Assembly (NCBI GenBank): GCA_018398765.1
Contig: JAHBMJ010000513.1
Coordinates: 1 to 46,235, forward strand
Origin: Chromera velia
Lineage: Eukaryota
DNA length: 46,235 nt
Reading direction: 5' to 3'
Made by a program: the position numbers and the translations under genes
The notes under the pieces: model-generated
Told to the model about the DNA's origin: nothing
Databases searched by the model: none
Seen by the model: the letters and a program-made list of their open reading frames with translations, nothing else
Shown: positions 12,670 through 23,700 of the stretch, one piece after another
Numbering within the stretch: position 1 is the first letter of the stretch
Layout of the letters: every line of letters starts with the position of its first letter

Positions 12670-13800
12670 GAATTGAATTGAATTGAGGCGGTTAAAGCCG
12701 GTGAGCCACTACTTAGGCTCTGGCCAACCACGGGGTATGATATGCAATGTTAGTTTGTTGACCTAGCGCATTGATCCATTAACACATGTCAACACGGACT
12801 CTCTCTAATTTGGCTATACACTCCTCAACCGCCCTTATGCCCGCCAGAGGCTGGAACGACGAAATAAGAGCGATTATCTCTCGGACTTTCTTTTCATTCT
12901 CCTCCACTCCTCTACTAGCAGAGGCAGCCACCCATTGCACAATTTCCACCCGTTTCTCAATGGGCGCGCGCTCCTTTATTCTGCTGATGATTTCGTCAAG
13001 CTTCTGTCTTTCCCTCTCTGTGTCCGCACATTCCGTGAGCAAGTGGATCTCATCATAAACTTCTCTGCCAGAGCAAGCCGAGCAGGTCTTCTTCAGCTCC
13101 CCCCGCTGTACATAACCACCCGTCATTGCTCTCAGGAGAGGGCGGATGTTCGCAGAGGATTTAAGAAGACAAGGGAACAGCGTGCGAATGTGCAGATCGT
13201 TTCCTGTGTCTGACGGACGTGACTGCCATTTCCTTTCTGCTAGGAGGAGCATGGAGAGCCTCTGTCTGGAAGGGTCCTCTCTTTGGAAATCAGTGAGGGC
13301 AGCATGGGGATAGAAGATTCTGTCTCTATTCCTGATGCCTTCCTGCCTTCTAGCCGATTCCCCAAGCCATTGGTTCGTCTGAATCTTGTGACACGTCTCT
13401 TTCCGTTTATATTTCCCTTTCTTTTTTGGTTTTTCTTGGCGTGGCTCATTCGTGTCTTCAAGGAGAGAATTGTTAAGGGGCATAGCCAGACGTTTGGTGG
13501 AGGACACAAAGGGGGCACTAGAACCAGCGATGCACGCCTCCCATACAGCGGTGGGCAAGGCGCGCGCTATAGATTTGAGAGACTGAAAGAAGCTGGCTAC
13601 CTGTTTCACAAGCAGACAGCCAAAGGGTTCCAAACCAAAGGAATGAAGAGAGGGCGAGACAAAAGAGTTATGGGACAAACCAAATGACCAGCGAACAAAA
13701 CGAAGTTGCAATGTATCGAGGCATTGAACATCTGACTGCCTAAGAGGAAGGGCTTCAAGACCAAACGTACAGTTATGTACCCCATATAACGCCAAATTTT
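12670..13800 (-). mobile_element. 5'-truncated non-LTR retrotransposon (LINE): ORF2 C-terminus, 3' UTR and repeat tail
   Basis: ORF 13795-12779 has a post-RT thumb-like segment (FGLEAL...LDTLQLRFVRWSFGL...FGLEP) and a CCHC knuckle C-x2-C-x8-H-x4-C (CSACSGREVYDEIHLLTEC). No RT core is present, so it is 5'-truncated. A hairpin (12690-12729) and a (CAATT)3 tail (12670-12686) follow on the minus strand. Confidence 0.8.
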
Positions 13801-13967
13801 ATCAGGTTTAATAAAAATAAATTAAGATCTAATTATTCTTTGAATTATACTAAGTATAAACCGTAACTACAATTGCAACTATGAATTTGTTATAGTATAA
13901 AATTATATAAAATATTGTTACTGATTAAGTACGCGCTACTATGCACGCGCTAGAGCACGCAAGCTAT

Positions 13968-14225
13968 CAGGGTTGCTTTTCTAGTCGGTAACAGGTCTAG
14001 TCTATCGGCAATTGCCGGTAACCGGTAATGGCCTCAGTTTGCCTTCCTTTTACCGACAAAAAAAATAATAAAAATTGGGGTCCCCCCCAAAAAATTTCGC
14101 CTGCGGCGCCAAGCTTTAAAAACATGTTTTTAAGTGTTTATTGGCATTTGAAAAGCCTATTCATACACAAAAAAAAATTTAAAAAAATATTTAAAAAATA
14201 TAAATTTTTAACTGCTTCACCCCTG
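13968..14225. mobile_element. Possible MITE / non-autonomous DNA transposon
   Basis: Ends CAGGGTTG (13968) and CACCCCTG (14218-14225) form an inverted match of 7/8. Internal TTTCGCCTGCGGCG and A-rich tracts resemble small DNA elements. No target-site duplication is visible. Confidence 0.35.
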
Positions 14226-14377
14226 TAAGTGGCAAAAAGTTCTAACAGCTCTATGACAGCGTCTGTCCAACAACTACTCTCTTTTTTAACTTTGCTTCAT
14301 CTCTCACTGTTCTGCTTCTCTGTATATCAGGCTTTGACCGTCGTTAGAGAGCAATCAAAGTAAGAGACGGAAAAAGT

Positions 14378-15020
14378 CTATTTCTTTCTGATTAACGAGG
14401 AGATCGTAAGCCTGCGGCTCTGTACTTGCACAGCCCCTGCCCGGTTTGCTGAGAGGGGAGGAGCAAGAAGAACATTACCTCCTCGAGCTCCCCCCGTGGT
14501 GCGGTTGGGTCTAGGGCTGGGTGGTCTCGGACGGAAAGAGGAAGGGGCGGATGCAGCTGCTGCACCACGGCTATAAAAAGAAGCCGGAGTGACCTGGTCC
14601 AGCGCCTGAGGGGACTGAACACTAGCAGAGGCTGGGGCAGAAGGGGGGAGAACACAAATCACAGCTTTTTTTGGAGAGCCTTCTTCTTCTATGCTGCGTT
14701 TCCCTCTTTTCTTCCCTCTTCTTTCTGAAAGCGGTAGGTCTCTGGGCCTTTCTCCCCCCTGGGGGGACCCCCCACCTCCTCTTCGTGTACCTGCACCTCT
14801 TCCTCTACTGTGCCCCCCCTGTTTGTCTCGACATCGTCTCCTACCTCTTCCTGCTTATCCCCTCCCCTCTGGCTCAGCTGTCTGGGCTAGCTGTGGTCAT
14901 TGCGGCCAGCGGTTCTCTGTTTTTGGGCGCCAAGTGCAAGACGGGACCCATCGCTTCGACCTGCGTCATCTTCAAGCACACTGGCCGCATAGCTATCCCT
15001 ACAGATGACGCATTGACTTT
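14378..15020 (-). pseudogene. Decayed GC-rich ORF inside the repeat island (unknown product)
   Basis: The minus frame reads SQCVICRDSYAASVLEDDAGRSDGSRL...HS*PRQ...EEVQVHEEEV...NAA*KKKALQK, with in-frame TAGs at 14889-14887 and 14691-14689. A frameshift in the A7 run near 14670 would join it to ORF 14662-14378 (VICVLPPSAPAS...LIRKK*). Confidence 0.45.
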
Positions 15021-18000
15021 TTGAATTGACCTTAAGTCTAGCCTTAAGTGATTGATTGATTGACCTATAACCTAGGACTTAGGTTATTGAAAAGTGTCAG
15101 TGACTGTTAGAATTCTGCCAAGTCTTTGCCAACTGCCAGCAAACTCTGCCGGTAATTACCGGTTACCGGTAATGAAGCTTGTCTACCACCAAAAAAATTG
15201 GTAACCGTGCAAGCTATAGTATACACTTGCTTTATTGGCTATTGACGCGGCGAGTCATACGGGAAGCCAATCTTCCGGACATTAATCCTACTGATTAACC
15301 TAATCCTATATAATCAACATTTTACTAGACATTTTAGTTAGTATTATATTTAATCTAATATTTAATATAACTTGAATGTATGTTGTTGCCAGTTATTGCC
15401 AGTGGATGCCAGTGGTAGCATGAGTGGCTAACATGCATTAGTTATTTCTTAATTATGAATTTTTGAACTTGGGTCCCATAGGCTAGCCCATAAGCATTAT
15501 CATCATCATACGCCATCGCTATTAATTGGCCCTTAATAGGCCGCATTATAGGCGTCTAGCGTTCGGTAAGTTACGACACGTAAAGTAGATTGTTAAATGA
15601 TGGACCCTCAATAGTCCCTCATTTGGCAACTAGCTTAAGCAATGTATACTATGCAAATTTAAGTATTCCAATCCATCGGTCGATCGAATGTTGATCAATG
15701 TTCTCATCCTTAAAGTTTTAAAGCGCGAATTCGGAATTCTGAGTTCAATTCTCGAGTCGTCAGATGACATGCGGCCACCTGTATAATGCCGGCGAATGCC
15801 AGCACGCATGCGCACGTATCCATTCAGGTCATAAACGAAAAAGAACAACAGCAGCAGCAGAGGCAGGGGAGGAGGAAGACAGTGCGAGGAGGAAAGAAGG
15901 AGACAAGAGAATTGCGCCCTGCTGCTTTGACCCACGGAATTGCTGATCCCTGTACCCACCCGCCCACACAAGCCGGAGAAAATCAAGAAAGTAAGAAAGG
16001 AAGAAAGACGAAGAACAGATACAAAAAGAACAGAGACTGCATTGGAAGGAAATTAACGAGAGGGACAGACGGCAATCCGACTGCAAGTGCCTCCTATCCC
16101 ACTCGATGCTTCTGTCTTCCATCCCTTCTCATAGAGAGAGAAGGGGGGGGGAGGGTGAGGGAATTAAAGAGCAATAAACTGAAATGACACATCCTTTCCT
16201 CCCTTTCTCAGCATACTGTGTCTCCGGGCTTTTCGTCTTGTCTTTTGCAGGCGTCTTGTGAAACAGGTAGGCAGTCAATTATATGGCGAGAAGCCTCCAA
16301 AGAACAGAACCAGCCCATCAATCGATGGGCCCATTCCCCTCCCTCCCTGCCTGCAATTCACACCGAACGAGGAGCAAGAGGATGACGGAGCGCCGGTGCA
16401 GGTCGTCGCTGTAGAGCCCCTGTCAGCCTTTCCTTTCTGTTCTTCTTTCCTTTCCCTCGTCTTTTCTCTTTCTTTTGTTCTCTAGATCTTCATTCAGATC
16501 GGAGACCTGTATGCCAACGTATCTCTTCTTTTTGTCCCTTCTCTTATTAGTCAGAAAGCATGGATGTGCACGTGTTGAGAGGTAAGAAAGATGAATATCG
16601 TGAGTCAAATTCCTGAAATGTCCAAAACAAAAAAGAGGCAGCGACAGCTCAGGGCAGGCCGGCAGGCAGGCAGAAGAAAAAAGAGGGGGGCGGAAAAGAA
16701 GAGAGGGAACGGAAGGATAGCCAGGAAGGGAGGTCCATTCAGAATGAAGGGAGGGAAGCACAGACATACAAAACAGAGCGAAACAGAGAGGGAGAGGGAA
16801 ATAGAAAGAAAGTTCGAGGGACAGTCATAAGGCAAGCAATGGAAAAAATGCCATGCAGTTAGTTGCCTCTTTGCTGTGCACAGTTCAAGAAGCTCTTTCT
16901 TGCACAAAGTGGACTTGTAGGAGGTCTTCTTTCGTTCTTTGGGTTCTTTCTTCTCAAATTCATGCGGTGGCAGCAGGGGAGGCTAGACAAAGAAAGAACG
17001 ACAATGAGAGTCGACTCTATATTTGTTTTGTTTGTATTCACAGAGAGGGGGAGAGGAAAACACAGGAGGAAGAGAAAGAGGAATAAATAGAAAATTCATT
17101 ATCGTGAACTTGACTGACTGACTGACGAGCTGTTTGGCACTCATTTATTCCGCCAAGATCAGCGCGCCAGCAGAGTAAAGGGCACGCACACACATTTTGC
17201 GATTGGGCGGGTGTCACTGATCGACTACACATGCACGCGGACATGTGTTCGTTCGAACGCCAAAAGACAGAAAGAAAGTCGAGCAATGTGGCACATTCAC
17301 AAACAGACTGACAGGCGGAGGCGAATGCGCTGCATCAGCCTGCCGTCTTCTGTCGATTCAATTCTCACAAATGAAAGACGGCTTGGAGCGGAACAGATTG
17401 CATGCGTGCATGGGAAGACGGACTGATGAAATTCATTCAAAGAACAAAGAAAGACGCAGACGCAGCCATGAAAAGGCAAAGACGGGCATACGGATGAAAA
17501 GACAAAACACACACGCAAATAAGCAGGAATACGAAAAATCAGTCTGACAAGGCAACGAACGAGCGTATGTCCCGAGCTCTCCTTGGACAGTCTCTTTCTT
17601 TGTTTGTTTCTTTCTTTCTTTCTTTCTTTTGTTCCCTGTCCTCTCTTCCGTCCCTCTTTCTCCCTCTCTCTGTTGCCCAAGTCATCTCCTCAACATTCTC
17701 CAGCGACCCACAGCCGCTCTCAAACATGAGGGCTGTAGGCAGCGGAGTCTCTCTGGACAAACGGATGGATGACAAGGTGAGGAAAGTATCCGACAGAAGC
17801 AAAAGCTCGGTACTGTCCTTCCTCGTGTCTGTCTTTCTCCCTGTTCTTTTTTCCCCTCTCCGGCCTTCAGAGAGACTGCCGTGCGTCGACAGTCGTCCGG
17901 TCGGTACCGTGAAACACACCGACCAAAAGAGAACGTAGAGGTGGAAGGACAAACGACTTGAAGAAGCAAAATCAGAAACGGGCTCATACCCAGTTGCTTA

Positions 18001-20792
18001 CTCGATCTGTGCACAAATAAACTCGCTTCTCCAGTTTCCCTCCTGCTCACCTCCTGTGGCATCTACGTCTCTCTCTTCTCTTCTGAACTGTCCGAGACAG
18101 ACGAAACCCGTGCAAATGTTTGTTGACAAAGAGTAGGCATGAAGGCAGCACTTCAAGCCAAAGCAAACAGCGAACGTTTGGGTACAACTTGTCCGACGTC
18201 AAAAAACGCAGTCAGTCGGCCTCCCTTGAGATTGCTATTGCTCTTCTTCCTTGTGTTCTGCTGGCTCCTTCCTTCACCTCTCATATCTTACCTTGCTGTC
18301 TGCCGGTTTTGTCGAGCGTGTGCTTTGGGAGAGACAGAGGGTGTGAGATGAAATTGGAAGAGGACGTCATGACTTCAGTGCTCCAGAAATTCATTAATTT
18401 TATGTGTCTCTCTTTCTATCCGTAAGCTTAGGGCACGCCGTCCGTCTGCCTGTCTGCCTTTTCCTATCGCTGTACAGCCGGGCACGCGAGGTAGCAACAA
18501 TGTCTGCATGTCATGAAAAAGGTGTGGAAGGACAGAGGGAGAGTGAAGGGAGCATGCAGAACAGACGACCTTTTTCTTCCTTAATTTGCCACACCACCTC
18601 TTCTGTTCGGCTTGCCCTGAAGGGCACTGCTTTCCTTCTTCCCTTCCCCTGCCCCCTTTCCTTCTGACAAGCCTTTCTGTCCTTTATACCCCCTCTCTCT
18701 CAGCGCGCTCTTGCGACTCTTCTTTCACTTTTCAGAAGCACGAAAGAATGCCTCAGATCAATTAGAATATTAGAATGCCAGCAAAACAGCACGGTTTCAC
18801 GAGCAGCCCAGCACAGCACAGCATATTACAGCGTTTACACAGACAGGCATGAATGTGCACGAATGCACTGCATGAATGGAAGAATACACAGACAGATGGA
18901 AACAGTCACTCACTTGTCGATCGAGCTGTCGGTCGATCGGTAATGCATCCTGTCCAGTCCAGTCCAGTCAGTCCCTCTCCCTCCCGTAATCTCCCTTACC
19001 TCTCTTGCACTAAGCATGCAAGCGTCAGTACACACACACTCACACACACACACTCACACACACACACACAGAATGAAGGCAGGCATGGCACGGCATGAAA
19101 GGCGGGAGGACACTCACACTTCCTCATGAACGAACGACTCCCGCCCGCCGACAAGAGAGAGAGAGAGAGAGAGAGCCATCAATCGAAAGAAGAAACCCTC
19201 TCTTCACCTTCACTTCATCTTCTCGAACTGCTGTGAGAAGACGGCTAGCCGGACCATGTCAGAACACAAGAAAGAACAACAATTCATGACTGAGTGCAGA
19301 AAGATAGGTGGAAGAATGAAGAAACGAAGAAAGGAAAGATCAATTTGCACGAAAAACGCGCAGGAGCAAAAACACGAACATCGATCTACTTACGAATGGT
19401 CCCTTCCTTCCTCGTTGCCTACCCATGTACCTGCCGACGTGGTCTCTTCCTTGCCTCCCTCGCTTTCTCCTTCAAGGCAGGAAGCTGTTGTCTTCCTTCT
19501 TCTGTCTCACTGCCTTCTCGTCTCAATAACTCGACCGATAGAGACTGTGCATTCGTATGAGCACCGATTGTCGCACAGACAGACAGACAAACAGACAGAG
19601 ACAGAAAGGAAGGAAGGAAAACAGAAGGAAGAAGAGGAAACAAACAGCCAACCGGGTGCCGAGTACACAAGCGCACGAGCCAGATTGGGGGAAGGGAAAG
19701 TGAAGCAACAAAGAAACAAAGGACTTATGGAAGGAAAATGGATTCGAGTGGACAGATGGAAGGACCGAAGAGGAGAGATCGACGAATGGGTAGATAGATC
19801 AAAGCAGGAGGGAGACAAGAGGGTTTGTTGTCCCTCGACTGTTTCTTTCTCTTTCTTGTCTCTTCTTCTCTGCTGCCTGACCTCTCCCCCCCTCTCTGAT
19901 GGATGATGCAAAGAGGGGGAGGGAGAGGGTGGAATCTGTCGAGACCTTCGCCCTCCCTCCCTGTCTTTCTCTGGGCCACTCTACACGTAAACAAACAGAC
20001 AAACAACCAGTCAAGCAGCGAACAGCAACGAACTGCATTCGACGACGACGTGACTCAAACGACGCCGGCAAGCAACCAAACAACTCACATTACAAAGAGC
20101 GTGTATATGAAAACAAACAGACTGGCACGGTGACAGAAAGGAGCGCGCATGCCGAGGGCAATTTCATCCCTCAAACTTATTTCGTTCGATCACGACATTC
20201 GCCATGCGCCTCAAGCAGGCAGATGAAAGTTGACGGGTTGCGTGAAATACAGAACGTAGTTTTTCTGTATGTGGAAATGGAGGGATCGAGGGGAGAGGAG
20301 AGATGTCCATTCCACCGTGCAGTCAGTCAATTTGACCTCAACAACATCGACGACAAGAGTTTTCCTGACTGTAACAATTAATCGGCTAAAGAAGGAAGGA
20401 AATATATTATTTCAACGCGCCGAATTTTCGAGGCTTCTCCAGAAAACGAAAAAGAAGAATTCAAATACCGAAAGAAAGCAGCTTTGCAGAGAGGAAGAAT
20501 CGAAGGACAAAGGCTGTATTCCCAGAGGCTGCTCAGCTGCAGTGTGCAAACAAACACAAAAATGACCAACGCATTTATTTTCCTGAATTTCCTCCTTCCT
20601 TTCTCGTGCCCGCACCCCATCACATAATTCCAATCGAACGATTGCACCTGCCCCTTTACAGATTCTGACCTCTCCTCCGCCAACACCCCCCAGTCGAACG
20701 ATCGATCGCTGAACCCACAGTCACTCTCTCGCTTCCTTCCTCCCTCCCATCTACTTACTTCCTCCCTTCCTGTGTCCCTCTCTCTCTACTTT

Positions 20793-23700
20793 CTACCGTC
20801 CCAATCCCGTCGTCTCCCCTTCCCGCTCCTCTTCCGCTTCTTGCATACCCACACCCTTCGGATCGCCCCCTCCCTGCCCGACAGCTTTACGCAGACCACC
20901 TGCCAGTGGGCGTGGAGGTCGGGGGCCCTCTGAGGTTTCTCCCTCTGCCCCTGCCTCTCCCTGTTCTCCTCCCCACTGAGGCTGTGAAAGTCCCAATGTC
21001 GACGGATATTGAGGAGTCTGCTGAGGAGCCCGGGACGGGTGAGCGGGTTGCTCTGCAGCCGATCCATAAGACAAAGAGAGAGTTTGAGAGGCAGGGACAG
21101 AACCCGAACTCCCCCAACGTGCCAGGTCAAACCCCCCACCCCCGCCAGCGGACGCTGAAGGAGGAAGACCCGGGGAGGCCCCACTCCCCCCCGCGCTACC
21201 GGGGGGGTGTTCGGGAGCCTGCGTCCTTCTGCCTCGATCCCCGGAAAAGGGCGCAAAAGAAATACCAGAGGCTGCGCTCTGAAGCCCCAGGGCGACTGCA
21301 ATTGCCGAAGCCCGGCGACTCTCCGACGCTGTGTGTCGCGTCGAGAGGGAAATTGCTGAGCCTGACCGAGCTTCTCTGAAGGCACTAGATCCTCCCTTTG
21401 TGATATCGACAGGGCCGGGTGCTTCGGAATGGGTGGCAGGCACGTCTGTAGTTTGAAGAGACACTTGCTTTTCGGAAAGGAATGCTGCAAGCTTTCTCCG
21501 TTGGTCGGGGGCGAGCTCTAGTTCGTCGGCAAAGTCCGTCAGACCTTGCAGAGGCACAGTGGGGGCAGGAGGCTGCGGAGGAGACGACTCCCCCCTCGCT
21601 TCACTTCCCCCCCTATCTCTCCCTGCCTCCCTCTCTGCCTGCTGCCTGGAAGCAGACGCCCTCGATTCGATTCTCGAAGGGCCGAGCTCAAGAGGCTCTG
21701 CTGCTGCTGCTGTGCGGTCCCGACGCATGCCCTCCTCGCCGTGGAGGGGGACATCGTGCACCACTCGCACGTGGGAAGGGGAGGGGGGGGCAAAATCCTG
21801 AGGGAGCCCTGAGGGTGCTGATGCGGCAATGAGGCGGTTTCGGAGGGAAGCAGCTGCTGTTGCTGGGGATCTCTGGGCGTCTTCTGAGAAGGGGGACTCC
21901 CCTCCTGGGGGGTGGGGGACAAAAGGAACCCTCCCTCCTCCTTCCCCTTCCGCCGCAGCAAGGGGAGACCGGTCTCCCTCTCCGTTCCCAGAGGGGAAGA
22001 AAGGGGATGTGCTGGCACTCTGCCTGTCCCCTCTTTCCCTCTCACCTGAACCAGACTCCCCCCGAGTCCCACCGGCACCAGAAGGTCCCGAACGTCCTTG
22101 GGATGTTTTGGCCTCCTCAGTGCCCTCAAGTGGCAGATACAAACCCCCACCAGAGGACTGTACACTTCCTGACAGAGTGTGCTGGGCACCTCGGAGAAAC
22201 CCCAGAGGAGAGGCTGCAGCAGCCGACTGGTCGACAAGGATATGGGCACCCCTCCCAGAGGTGGTCAGACTAGAGGAGGAGCTGCTGCTCCCACTTGCGT
22301 CTAAAAAGAAACTGCCCATGTCACCTCGACGAGACGGCCCCGCAGGGCGGTGAGCAGTGCTGACTGCAGGCGGGGTACTGCTGGGTGCAACAACTGCCGG
22401 ACCCGTGGGTGTGGCCAGGACGGCATCCACCACTCTCCTTGCAGCCGAATCTCTGTCAACATGACGAAAGGAAGCGCCTTCCAACGACCTGGACATACTA
22501 GGAAGAGCAGGAACCCCCCCCATTTCTTGTCCAAAAGCAGAACCAGAAGCGGGCACAAATGTGGGGGGGAGACTCAGAGGACCACCCTGCGACCACTCTG
22601 CCCCTGGCGGTGTCTGCCTGTGGACAACCGGACCAGAGGCAGAGGGACTGGGTTCACCACTACACGCACCCGAAGCCGAAGCAAGATCTCGGCTGCTGCT
22701 CACGCTGGTGCCACCAGGGGGACGTCGCGCCTGTCCCTGTCCCTGTCTCTGTCCCCCCATCCCCCCACCCTGGTGCCCCCCATGAGTCTGATGCTGCTGC
22801 TGCAGTGGCCCCGCTACGTGAAGGCCTTTCGGGGTGGGGGTGGAGGGGCCTCCTCCGACCAGGAGAGGGGTCGAGGGGGGACGCGACAGCCTCGAAAAGG
22901 GAGGAAGAGGAGTCAGTGCCTTCGGTTGTTGCTGCTGCTGCTGTGATGGAGGGAGGTGTCTCCTCGACTCCCTAGACCCCCTCCCTGCGTGACCAGCAAC
23001 GGAGGCAGCCTTGGGCGGGAGACCCAGCAAGGCAGACTCACGAGCCTCATCTCTGCAGGCACACAGAGAGACAGGCAAAATGTACGGACACAGATTGACA
23101 GACACACGCCCAGACAGACAGAGGACAGATGGGGCCATGCGGATGTGCTGAGATGTGAGAAAGATGAAAAGAACAGCTGCAGGAGGCACGGTCCCCTGTC
23201 TTGCGACAAACTGAGAGAAGAATATGGACATGAAGACTCACATCTTTGGGGGTTCACTCTGTGGGTGTAGAAAGGCTGACCAACCACATGCAGACTAACC
23301 GTTCGGAGTCCAGTGCCTGCTGTCGTGTCCACTCAGAGAGAGAGACGGTCTTCCGTGAGAGTGAGAGCAAAGGCAACACCGCCCCTGCCCCCGAGTCGTC
23401 CACCGAGACGGGGCGTCCCCCCTGAAGGCTCAAACTTCCCCCGGGGGCTCCCATTGCTGCTGTTGCTGTTCCACCCAGCCCAGAGAGACGCCTCTCCCCG
23501 TGGATTTTCAGAGAAATCTGGATCGATCGGTCGATCTGACTCGACAGCTGATGATGCATCACAGAAGAGCAGGAAGGAAAGCGACAGAAAGGAAAAGAAT
23601 TCAAAAGAAGCCAAGTGTGCCATCAAGCAGAAGTAATGCGGCATGCATGATAGACAGCTCAATCCACCTGCAACTTTGGAACAGCTCTGCATTCAAATTA

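Larger units (their letters stand above)
13800..15750. repeat. AT-rich, TpA-rich island of nested degenerate repeats
   Basis: Abrupt compositional switch from the flanks, with abundant TA, CTAG and TATA. It carries repeated ACCGGTAACCGGTAAT-like and TGCCA motifs and lacks the AC/AG microsatellites of the introns. A GC-rich core lies at about 14380-15020. Confidence 0.65.

Noticed and set aside
23333..23692. ORF frame ...AVESDRPIDPDF... as the terminal exon of the CCCH gene
   Set aside because: Including exon 23904-23840 selects the other frame (LSSQIDRS...LDSER), which splices in phase to the large 23052-20793 exon.
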